DNA of 64,000 nucleotides, taken from positions 1,152,629 through 1,216,628 of the forward strand of contig OZ241924.1 of the NCBI GenBank assembly GCA_965203925.1, in the 5' to 3' direction. The notes beneath the pieces were generated by a model. It made no database searches, was not told where the DNA came from, and worked only from the letters and a program-made list of their open reading frames with translations. Position 1 is the first letter of the stretch, and every line of letters starts with the position of its first letter. Below, one piece after another: positions 8,599-17,758 of this stretch. A program made the position numbers and the translations under genes. The DNA comes from Bryobacterales bacterium. Lineage in GTDB: Bacteria; Acidobacteriota; Terriglobia; Bryobacterales; UBA6623.

Positions 8599-10155
8599 TT
8601 GTCCCAAGACGTGAAGACGCGGCTGCCCATTGGTATCCAAACGTTCCGAAAGGTGCGCGAGGACAACCTGCACTACGTGGACAAGACCGGCTTCGCCCTG
8701 AGCCTAGTCAGGGAAGGCACTCACTACTTCCTCTCCCGCCCGCGGCGCTTCGGCAAGAGCCTGTTCGTGGACACGCTGAAGGATCTGTTCGAGGGCAATC
8801 GCGATTTGTTCGAAGGGCTAGAGGCCTACCGTCGCTGGGACTGGTCCGTGCGCCATCCTGTAGTGCGACTCGAATTCGGGAGAGGGAACTACGCAGAACC
8901 TGGCCATCTCCAAGTGGACCTGATGGCACAGATGGACAGCATCGAACGAGTGGCGGGTGTGGAATCTCGGTACGACACGGGACCCCAGCGACTCGCCGAT
9001 CTGCTGGAGACCCTGCACGGCAAGAGCGGGCAGCGGGTCGTCGTCCTGGTGGATGAGTACGACAAGCCGATCTTGGATGCTCTGCACCAGCCCGACATGG
9101 CGCGGGCCAACCGCGACTATCTTCGGGGGCTATACTCCGTGATCAAGTCGTGCGACGCGCATGTGCAGTTCTGCTTTCTGGCGGGTGTGAGCAAGTTCTC
9201 CAAGGTGAGCTTGTTCTCAGGACTGAACAACTTGGTCGATATCACGCTGGAGCCGGAATACTCGTCGATCTGCGGCTACGCGGAGCGCGATCTAGACACT
9301 GTCTTCGCCGCGGAACTGGCCGGACTCGACCGGCAGCGGATCCGCGAGTGGTACAAGGGCTACAGCTGGGGCGGAGAGGAACGCGTTTATAACCCCTTCG
9401 ATGTCTTGCTGATGTTGCGCAAGCGAGCGCTGGGGGCGTGGTGGTTTGAGACGGGAACGCCGACGTTTCTGATCAACCTCTTGGCCGAGACCGGGGTTCC
9501 GTGGCACCGCCTCGACGGACTGCGGGCTTCCGAAGCACTGCTCTCAACCTTCGACGTCGGAAGGATCGCGCCAGAAGCCCTGCTGTTCCAGACGGGCTAC
9601 CTCACTGTGGTGGGCAGCGAATCACGGGGCGGGCGGTTGCGGTACCGGTTGGGCTTTCCCAACCGGGAAGTGCGGGAGAGCCTGAACCGGGCACTGCTCG
9701 ACGACCTCCTCGGATCCGGGTTCGAGCGGGAGGAGCAGGAGACGCGCCTGCTCGAAGTCCTAGAAGCAGCTGACTTTGACGGAATGCGAGACCTGCTTCG
9801 GTCGCTGCTGGCAGGAATTCCACACCAGTGGCACGGGCGAAACCCGATGGGGGGCTACGAGGGCTGGTACGCGAGCGTGCTGTACGCGCACTTCGCGGCC
9901 ACAGGCGCGGACGTAAGGGCGGAAGAGAGCGGGAGCGTGGGCCGGGCCGACCTGTCCGTGCGGGCCTTTGGCCAGGTGTACGTGTTCGAGTTCAAGATGC
10001 AGGGGCGGGGGGACGCCCTGGCCGCACTGGCCCAGCTGAAGGCTCGCGGCTACGCGGAAAGATACCGGAGCTTGGGGGAGCCGGTCCACTTGGTAGGCGT
10101 GGAGTTCAGTTCCAAGACACGGAACGTCACGGAGTTTGAGACTGAGACGATCTGA
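8599..10155 (+). CDS. AAA-ATPase-like protein with C-terminal PD-(D/E)XK nuclease domain, paralog 2
   Basis: Collinear with the 2116-3675 product along its whole length: LPIGIQTFRKVREDNLHYVDKTGF, SRPRRFGKSL, DEYDKP, GRADLSVRAFGQVYVFEFK. The start is TTG 8599 or GTG 8611. Confidence 0.8.
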   Translation: MSQDVKTRLPIGIQTFRKVREDNLHYVDKTGFALSLVREGTHYFLSRPRRFGKSLFVDTLKDLFEGNRDLFEGLEAYRRWDWSVRHPVVRLEFGRGNYAEPGHLQVDLMAQMDSIERVAGVESRYDTGPQRLADLLETLHGKSGQRVVVLVDEYDKPILDALHQPDMARANRDYLRGLYSVIKSCDAHVQFCFLAGVSKFSKVSLFSGLNNLVDITLEPEYSSICGYAERDLDTVFAAELAGLDRQRIREWYKGYSWGGEERVYNPFDVLLMLRKRALGAWWFETGTPTFLINLLAETGVPWHRLDGLRASEALLSTFDVGRIAPEALLFQTGYLTVVGSESRGGRLRYRLGFPNREVRESLNRALLDDLLGSGFEREEQETRLLEVLEAADFDGMRDLLRSLLAGIPHQWHGRNPMGGYEGWYASVLYAHFAATGADVRAEESGSVGRADLSVRAFGQVYVFEFKMQGRGDALAALAQLKARGYAERYRSLGEPVHLVGVEFSSKTRNVTEFETETI

Positions 10156-10363
10156 GTAAAGAGCGTCAGCGGGCTCCAGCGCATTCGGCGAAGCCGATTC
10201 TGAACACGAGGCTCGTCTTCCCGCCTGAGGGGAAACGACGGGCCTAGACGGCCGTGAAGCGCCCCGGCGCCAGCGACTGTTTCTCGTGCGCTTCGTGCGC
10301 GCTTCCGAGCACCTTCGCGGTCCTGGTCACGCCGGCCCAGGGGGCGGGTGTATTGTGGCGGTC

Positions 10364-10858
10364 CTAATGTGAGCTCACCCAACTCAGCGCAGTCCTAGAT
10401 TCAGGGCGGTGTGCGAATGAGCGGATTCGCCAGTGGGTGTCGAAGTTCGCCACGTCTGTGCCCAGTTGCGCCCGCAAGCCGCTCAGCGAGAAAGTCTGGG
10501 CGAAGCCCTCGCTGGGGCTACCGTCCGCGGTGCGGGCGTACAGCTCGCGGGTGCCGACCAACGCCAGCCCGGTCACGATCACGTGATCCAAAGACCGCAG
10601 ACCCTGCACCGCCCTTGCAGGCCGCGGCTTCGCCTCGTCCACCGCTAACACCCGGCAGGTGCCTTGTAGCTGCCCCTCCAAGTATTCCTTGTGCAGGACC
10701 TCCGGACGCCACGGTACTGGAACTGGAGCCGACCACCCGCTCCGCCCCGGCCACGCTCGAGTCCCAGGCTCTGCTGGCCCGAAGTTGCTAGCAGCTACCG
10801 CAAGCGCCATCCGACCGATCATCGCCAGATCCGGACGGACGTAGACAACTTGGTGCAC
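10364..10858 (-). CDS. Hypothetical protein (start uncertain: GTG 10858 or ATG 10822)
   Basis: The 3' third of the 313-aa track ORF reads like real protein (EVLHKEYLEGQLQGTCRVLAVDE...FAQTFSLSGLRAQLGTDVANFDTHWRI). The 5' two-thirds is the alternate frame of the neighbouring repeat gene. No family recognised. Confidence 0.3.
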   Translation of the reverse strand: MHQVVYVRPDLAMIGRMALAVAASNFGPAEPGTRAWPGRSGWSAPVPVPWRPEVLHKEYLEGQLQGTCRVLAVDEAKPRPARAVQGLRSLDHVIVTGLALVGTRELYARTADGSPSEGFAQTFSLSGLRAQLGTDVANFDTHWRIRSFAHRPESRTALSWVSSH

Positions 10859-10970
10859 AGGCCACAGGAGTGACGCTGTCCCCGCCTCTGACCTCTGACT
10901 AATCGCCCGAGCCGCTGCCGCAACCGTGAGCAGATTCGGCCGGGTGGCCCCAAGCAGGGCCAGGCCGGCC

Positions 10971-11273
10971 TCAGCCGAGGAAGCGCAGCAGCGTGATGAG
11001 CAGGGCCAACAGGGTGAACCCGAGGCCCACCATCCAGCGGAGCGAGACGAACTGGGCGGTCTGGGCGTCGATCTTGGTGTTTTGGGCCTCGAGCCTGGAG
11101 TTCTGCGCGTCGAGCTTGGACTCGAAGCGTTCGCCCTGCGCGTCGAGCTTGGACTCGAAGCGTTCGCCCCGCGCGTCGAGCTTGGACTCGAAGCGTCCGC
11201 CCTGCGCGTCGAGCCTAGAGCTCTGCGCGTCAAGCTTGGATTCGAAGCGGGCGATGAGATTGGCTGCGGCCAT
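10971..11273 (-). CDS. Tail-anchored coiled-coil repeat protein (DUF1640-like architecture)
   Basis: ATG 11273 is preceded by CAGGAGG 8 nt upstream. 100 aa: MAAANLIARFESKLDAQ..., with RFESKLDAQGE-type 11-aa repeats and a single C-terminal TM (WMVGLGFTLLALLITLL). Confidence 0.7.
   Translation of the reverse strand: MAAANLIARFESKLDAQSSRLDAQGGRFESKLDARGERFESKLDAQGERFESKLDAQNSRLEAQNTKIDAQTAQFVSLRWMVGLGFTLLALLITLLRFLG
11062..11250 (-). repeat. In-frame tandem repeats (three near-identical 33-bp units at 11104-11202, flanked by related 21-bp units)
   Basis: TGCGCGTCGAGCTTGGACTCGAAGCGTTCGCCC occurs three times with 1-3 mismatches. The flanking 21-bp units share the TGCGCGTCGAG/TGGGCGTCGAT head. 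Confidence 0.85.
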
Positions 11274-11965
11274 GTTCCCGACCTCCTGAGTGAAAGTATA
11301 GGCACTCCCCGGCTCCATCTTCAAACCCAAGAGCAGGTCGAACAGGCGCTTGGAGTCCGGCTGTGGCGGTCGGGAATCGGGCATCAGGGTCTCTTCTCTA
11401 CCGGCGGAGCAATATCCGCAGTCACGGCTTTGCACTCGGATGGGAGCCCGGCGATCCGGGCAGCGGCACTACGGCAGCCGGGCCAGCCAAGTTGCGGACC
11501 TCTCGAGGGCATTGTAAGCCCCACGCGAGGGCCCCGTCGATGGGGATACCTCGAAGAGGGCCGCCCGGCGGCGATCTTCCACGAGCCGCTGGCAGGCCTT
11601 GAGGACCTCTGGCCTTTCCATGGCAGTCGTCCCGCTTCATGAGGCGGGTGCCGGGCGAAGACCGCCCCAAACGGAGCGAAGACGGGCTCCACTCTCGTCT
11701 CAAGCGGAATAACTACAACCACCTGGTGAGACCCGGGCCGCACCGTTGGTGCTTGTCATCCTTGAACTGCCGCCCAACGATTCGGAGTGGCTGGATTGCA
11801 CGCCCGACCGCTCGGTCGTGAGGAAGTGTGGGTTGTGGTGTTCGCTGTACGGCCAAGACCCAATGGTTGCCGGACCAGGGACCATGGTGATACCTTCGTC
11901 TCAGCGCATCAGTGGCTTGGGGCTCCCACCGCTGTTCGCACATGTCCGGCAGGCGTCAGCATGCC

Positions 11966-12850
11966 ATGAACGGAATGACGAACGAGATTACGCTGGCGAG
12001 GACAGTCACCCTTCGCGCCGTCCATGCCTATCTCCGCACCAACGGATGGATTCGTGCCGACGATTCAGACCGGGCCACGGCCGATGTGTATCTGTCGCCG
12101 AAGGACGAGCGGGAAGCCGCGATCGTCCCAGCGTCGGAGGAGTATGCCGATTACGGCATTCGGGTTTATCAGATCGCGGAGCAGATCGGTCGGATCGAGG
12201 GCCGGCAGCGGTTGGCAGTACTAACCGATCTCGCCCTGGCCGAGTCCGATCTCGTGCGCGTAAGCCTCTCCAATTCCCACGCGGACAATAGCGTCCGACT
12301 CGCTGACGGAGCGGTAGTGCTTGAAGAGGTGAAGAACCTCCTGCTGGCAGCGGCATGCTCGGCGGCGCGGCCTCGGCTGATGTATCGGGCGGGTCGCAAC
12401 AAGGCGGCGGGGGAGTACTTGGACCGCGTGCGATTAGGCCACACTGAGCGCGGCAGCTTCGTGATCAACGTTCTCTCGCCGGTGGCTCCATCGCTCCGTG
12501 AACAAAGCACGCTATTCCCCGAGGAGCCATTTGAGCGCAAGGTCACGCGAAGGCTTGCCTCCGGACTGCGCGCATTGAGACGTGCGATGGACCGGGTCAA
12601 TCGGGGCGTCGCAGACATCGGCGAGTTCGAGAGTCGGTTGGGCGAAGGCATCAGCGCGAATCTATGCCGGTCTGTCGCGAGGCTAACAGACGTAGGGAAT
12701 GGTCTTGGCGTCTCCGTCAGCTGGGCGATGACGAGACCGGACCAGCAAGAGGTCGGGGAGCGAGTGTCGGTTACCTTCAGGCCGCCCGATGTAGCCGTCC
12801 TTGAGGAAGCCGCCCGAGTGCTGGCCGATCGCCAAGAGCGCACCGACTAG
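11966..12850 (+). CDS. Hypothetical protein (frame continues after TAG-GGG-ACT-TAG to 13105)
   Basis: Coding-like translation from ATG 11966 (MNGMTNEITLARTVTLRAVHAYLRTNGW...). No family recognised. See the findings for the double amber. Confidence 0.55.
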   Translation: MNGMTNEITLARTVTLRAVHAYLRTNGWIRADDSDRATADVYLSPKDEREAAIVPASEEYADYGIRVYQIAEQIGRIEGRQRLAVLTDLALAESDLVRVSLSNSHADNSVRLADGAVVLEEVKNLLLAAACSAARPRLMYRAGRNKAAGEYLDRVRLGHTERGSFVINVLSPVAPSLREQSTLFPEEPFERKVTRRLASGLRALRRAMDRVNRGVADIGEFESRLGEGISANLCRSVARLTDVGNGLGVSVSWAMTRPDQQEVGERVSVTFRPPDVAVLEEAARVLADRQERTD

Positions 12851-13288
12851 GGGACTTAGGGGTATGTCTCACGGCTGGCACGGGCAAGAACGGATCCGGC
12901 GGGGACGGCCACCATCAAGGCCTTCGTTAATAGAAGGATGGCTTCCGTCCAAGCAGTCTTCTATTCGGAGGACTACGGGGAGATCACGCGTGCACACGAG
13001 GCTCGCCTGAGCGTGTCGCTTGAAGGGGATCTTCACCGGGAGGGGCGACGTTGGCACCTCCGGAATCCTCGGACGGTCACCGTGATTGAGGATGATGGTG
13101 GCTAAGGGGATGATGGGGCAACGTCGACACGACACCACGTTCGCGAGAGGTGCGAATCGGGCTGAGGACGGGTTGCACGAGGACCTGAGCAGTGGTCGGT
13201 GCGAGTCGGAGTGCGGGACGTGCTCCATCCGCTTGGCGGCTCGCCCCACGCCGTCGCAGATCACAAAGCTGCTGGGCGGCACAGGAGT

Positions 13289-13985
13289 CTAGTGGACCGT
13301 CAAAACAGGTTTTTGGGGTAGACGGGCACGCTCGTACTCGTAGTCCACACGCTGCGGCTGTCCCACCGTCGCTGGCAGCGATTCCCGCGTCTCCTTCACC
13401 AGCTGCACCGGCTGCTCGTCCATGCACACCACCGGCTGCTGCGGGTCCTGCGGGCGCTCGTAGACCTCCAGCACGTCCTCCATGCGGGCGACAACTCGGA
13501 ATCCTCCTTCGGCGGAATCACCCAATACTGCACTTTGCGCCCGCAAATGCCGTTTTTCTTAGTGTCTGCCGGACTGTTTCGTGGCTGATTGAGTCCACCA
13601 GTCCCAGTTCCACGACATGTCTGGCCAGCAGCCGCAGCGACCAGTTCGCGTAGCCCTCTGGCCGCGAGCCGAGACGCAGCGCAATCAGCCGTGCCTCCTG
13701 CTCGCCGTCAAGCAGCTTGGGAACCGGAGGGGCACTGCGCTGCTTGCCGCAAAGCGCGAGATCGAAACCCTCCAAGACGCACCGTTTGCGCACGTTCTCG
13801 ACCGTCTGGACCCGACATCGGAAGGCCTCGGCGGCTTGTCGGTCCGTCCAGCCCGGTCCGTTGGTGTCGACTTGCAACAGGTTCCTAGCGCGCCGCGCCG
13901 TCTGCCTGCTGCCCTAGAGGCGAGCGATTGTGTCTTCGCAGACGCCGCGTTCCTCGTCCGCGAGCCGGACAACGTACTTCTTCAT
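13289..13985 (-). mobile_element. IS630-family transposase remnant (N-terminal ~230 codons only; nonsense, frameshift and truncation)
   Basis: MKKYVVRLADEERGVCEDTIARL-TAG-GSRQTARRARNLLQVDTNGPGWTDRQ (HTH region). AAGAAAAAC slippery-like site. Then WVIPPKEDSE / ARMEDVLEVYERP...VCMDEQPVQL in shifted frames. It ends before the DDE catalytic region. I could not identify inverted repeats. Confidence 0.8.
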
Positions 13986-14097
13986 GAACCCTTCTCCTAG
14001 GCTTGGACGGCCTCATGCCCAGTAGAACATGATGAGCCCTAAATGTAGCGTTGACGGAGCACTAGCCGAGAATCTGGAACATTGCTTGTCAATCTGC

Positions 14098-14682
14098 CTA
14101 GTCGCAACTGGTGCGAATCGCTTCCCGAGCTCCGGCGAGGGACCATAGGAACGCGACTGTGCCCTGTGTCTCCCACGACAGGGCAATCCCAAACTCGGAG
14201 CCGTTCGATAGCACTGTGAGGGATTGCTTCTTGTCTCCAAAGTAGAGCCGATTGCTTCCTCGCCTTTGAAGCACGGGCCAGAACTGTAGGTGCCTGTCAT
14301 TCCAAGTCACAGACGCTATGTGGCGATAGTAGTTGCCATCCATGCTTGCGCCGATCAGATCAGGCACACTCGAGAATTCGACCTAGGCATAGGTGCAGTC
14401 AGCGAGGATGCGGGCCGTCGTTTCCTCGTATGGAGGCACCATCGGCCGGACAGAGTTCACGGCTTGGCTGGCCGCAAGGTAGCCCGACACATCGTCATAC
14501 CCAACAGACTGACGACCTATGCCCCATGGTGCATCAGAGGTGGACGTCTTGAGTGGGAACACAGCAAGTGCACAAGCAGCAGGGCCAAGGTTTGTCCAGC
14601 CAAGATCACGTCTGAAGTTTACTCCCGATACAGGGCAATGGCCATCAACGGCTATGAAGCAGGTGCCGACACGATTCTGGAT
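14098..14682 (-). pseudogene. Unknown ORF interrupted by in-frame TAG (14383-14385)
   Basis: A 195-codon frame is open apart from one TAG. The track lists the downstream 89 aa as 14098-14367. The upstream 99 codons read as protein (DLGWTNLGPAACALAVFPLKTSTSDAPWGIGRQSVGYDDVSGYLAASQ...). No family recognised. Confidence 0.3.
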
Positions 14683-16277
14683 TCAGCGGATTGGCCCTTA
14701 GGCTGGGGCAGGAGACGTGCGCGAGATAGTCGTGCAAGTGTGGTGGATTGCCGACGGGGCCGAAGGGCGGGCAGTGTTCTTGGAGTGAACCACGGGCTAG
14801 GGCTTGCTGGCAAATGGAGGCTGGCCGTATGGGGGTTGGTTGGTTGCTGCTTCCCGGCAGGCAGTTCTGGTGTCAGCTGGTATTTGGTTGGGAGCGGCGA
14901 GTGTAGGCGGGTTCAGCGAGCGGGATGGGCCGTGGGCTGCCCGGATCGCGCCAGCTCGGCAAACACCCGGGCCAGTCCATCTAGAGGGGCGCACAAGATC
15001 CCGAGATCCTGACGTAACCCGAGTCATGCAGGTTGGCGGTCAGGGCGACCTGCGCCGGCTGGTCCAGCACGTCGCCCCCAAATGCGCGCGGTCCAGCCGG
15101 CACGGCAGGTCACGCTTGGTTTGCGAGATGAAGTGCACGGCCGGATAGGTAGTCGGCTCCACGACCGCCGCGAAGGGGCCCTCCCAGTCCCGCGCCAGGG
15201 GATGCCCAAAGAGGCGGTCCCGGAAGCGGTCGAGGTGCTCGAGCACGATCGCCTTCGAGCAGTACCCGCCACCCGTGCCACGGCGGCCGTGCCGTCCGAC
15301 TTGCTCGGCGACCGACACCAGCAGCGCGGCACCGGCTGCGGGGGTCAGGGACTCGTGCGGTGTCGCCCGCGCAGCGCGTCGTGGCGCAGGCACAGCAGGT
15401 CGCGGAGTCCGCCAGCGAAGCTAGGCTGCTGGCCGAGCCTCGGCGGCGAATCCTGCGGATGCGACTACCACGCCAGTTCAAAGCGCGCCTTGACGAGGCG
15501 CTCGAGCCCTTGCTGAAGCTGACCGACGAGACCCGCACTGTTTATCCGGACACCGACCTCCGCTTGGTCTACGAGTTCAACGGCCGCTGAACCCGCCGGA
15601 CGCTCTCAGCCGGGCCCGCGGCCTGGCGCTTGCAGCCAGACCTGCTTCCCAACATGCCACTGTGCCGAAGCGTGTGGACTCATGGCAGACGGTGGCGGGA
15701 TTCGAGCCGCTCGAGTTCCCGGCCTACCAACTCCGCCACGAAGGGCTCGCGGAGGGCTGCCCAACTCTGCGAGGCCCCGTGCGGAACTCGCCTCAACCGC
15801 GCATAGTCACGCGCTACCGTGCTGGCCTTGGCCCCTCGGGTTCTGACCGGCAGCCCAAGAATGCTGACAGGGACAGTCGGTCCATGACTGGAACTGTGAC
15901 TTCCGGTCATGGACGGATTCTAGGATGACGGATAGGGTCGTCACCACTGTTCGCCGGACAGGGGAGCGTTCCCTCATGAGGTGCACGCTGAAGTGCGTGA
16001 AGCGGCCCTGTGGGAGCGGATAGTACGCGAGACCAGCGCCCCGAGGTCATGTCCTCGGCCGGGTCGACAGCCTGCGGCCTGGTCTCGGCCGGCCGGCCAC
16101 TGCCGACTGATCGGGCGTGGCGCGCGTGCCTTCCAGCGGACATTTCACGGCCTAGGGACATCGCACCCGTGCCCGAAGGCTGGTCGCCGGGGCTTGGGCC
16201 ATCAACTGAGACGTGCCCAGTTGTGACCCTTGCCCCTCTTAGACCCTGACCCACGGTCCAGGTCCGGGTAGCGGCAG

Positions 16278-16928
16278 TTAGTTCCTGCCGGGAACTGTAG
16301 ACGTGTCGTTCTGGGTCCCTTCTAGGTAGTCCCCAAATCCGCCGTTCACTAGGGACGCGCCAAAGCCAAGGCTGCACGACCCGAGCCCAAGCGGATCCCC
16401 GTACAACGACGCGAGTCCCGGAATGTACTCGAAGGCCCCGGGCGTCGTGATCAGATTGGCGCATACAGCTTCTCGCGCAGCGTCCGAGAGCTCAAGTGCC
16501 GTTTCAAGCTTGCCGAGCGCTCCGAGCTGATGGCTACTCAGCATGGCCCGGGCCTGTTCCCTGTGCCGGACGCCAACACTTCGGACTTGCTCGTAGAGCG
16601 CCTCAATGCTCTGGATGACCATGTCAACCATGGTTTCGTCCACGTCTTTGGAGCGGGAAAGCCGTTGAAGCTCCCACTCCTTCTCCCGGAGTTGCTGCAA
16701 CAGCGGGAAGAGCTCGTCCTCGAACTCGTAGTTGAGACGGCGCAGGCTGGCGACCTGGCCCTCGTTCAATTGGACGACGCTCACGAGCCCAGGCACATTG
16801 CTGACACTGGCTGGTTCCGTGCCACTGCCCGGGTCGGACGCCATTCCTGGCGAGTCGTCTCCCATGGTCTGGCCGCCCGCAACGCAAATCGAGAGGACCG
16901 CACTGAGTGCGATCAATGTTCTCGTCAT
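16278..16928 (-). CDS. Secreted hypothetical protein
   Basis: 216 aa. Signal peptide MTRTLIALSAVLSICVAGG. Helical middle part (LRRLNYEFEDELFPLLQQLREKEWELQRL), reminiscent of Spy/CpxP-like periplasmic proteins, but this assignment is not secure. Confidence 0.6.
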   Translation of the reverse strand: MTRTLIALSAVLSICVAGGQTMGDDSPGMASDPGSGTEPASVSNVPGLVSVVQLNEGQVASLRRLNYEFEDELFPLLQQLREKEWELQRLSRSKDVDETMVDMVIQSIEALYEQVRSVGVRHREQARAMLSSHQLGALGKLETALELSDAAREAVCANLITTPGAFEYIPGLASLYGDPLGLGSCSLGFGASLVNGGFGDYLEGTQNDTSTVPGRN

Positions 16929-17758
16929 GATTATTCTCCTTCCTTGTGACCGAACGCGATCTACGCGGGAGCGTCCTTAGCTCTTGCGCAAGCGTTCTTG
17001 CGCTTGATTGGACGTTGCTGAAACCGCCTTCGTTAGCCCACGATGCTCTTGACTGGAGTCCGCCAACGAGTTATGCAAGTCAGGCCCCGGTCGGCTGCAT
17101 TGCTGGACCGCCAAGCGCGGGACACGGCTTCTGGCCGAAGCGCCGATCGGGCCTCGGTGGCGAGTCGACGGGCGGGGCATGCGCCCCGGCAGGCAGTGGG
17201 GCCTAGGCTGGCTAAGGCACGCCCCAGCCCATTCCCGGGATGGGTTGCCGGCCCGAGGCTGGCCATGAGGACTGCCGGACCGGGCGTCCCGCCAGGCGGC
17301 AAGGATGGCTGATCGGCACTTGTGTGACCGGATGGCTTGGCTGGCTGGCATGCCGTGCCGCTGGGAACTGTGCGTGAGCCCCGGCAGCGCGTAGCCTCCG
17401 CGGACGGCGAGAGGTTACCCGAGGAGCCGAGAGTGTCCAACTGGGGTCTATGACCGGTTACCCGCGAGCCCGGCCTTCGGTTCTTGGCCGGGAGTGGAAC
17501 CGAGGGCCGGCGGAGCTACGTTGCTGTTGCTTGCAGCAGCCTTCGTGGCAGCTCCGGCAGACTGGGGGCACACAGGGTCCGCAATCGAAATCCGTTGCCG
17601 GCTGGCCTTGGTAGGGCTAATGGCTTTGCGGCGTGGTGTAGCTCTGCAGGCTGAACGGCGAGGCCATTTGCCGCTGGCGGGCAAAGTGGGCTGGGCAGTT
17701 GCTGCGGCGGCATTGGCCCCATACTAGACCGACGGCGGTCCGGCGGTCCGCCGACTGC

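Noticed and set aside
2107-10155. Composite transposon interpretation of the paralog-bracketed cassette
   Set aside because: The flanking repeats are ordinary protein-coding paralogs, not IS elements. I saw no transposase, integrase or terminal inverted repeats.
10859-11305. N-terminal two-thirds of the 313-aa ORF, rich in SSPSSTRRANA repeats
   Set aside because: It is the alternate reading frame of the 33-bp repeats of the coiled-coil gene, which has a strong Shine-Dalgarno sequence and a sensible TM tail.
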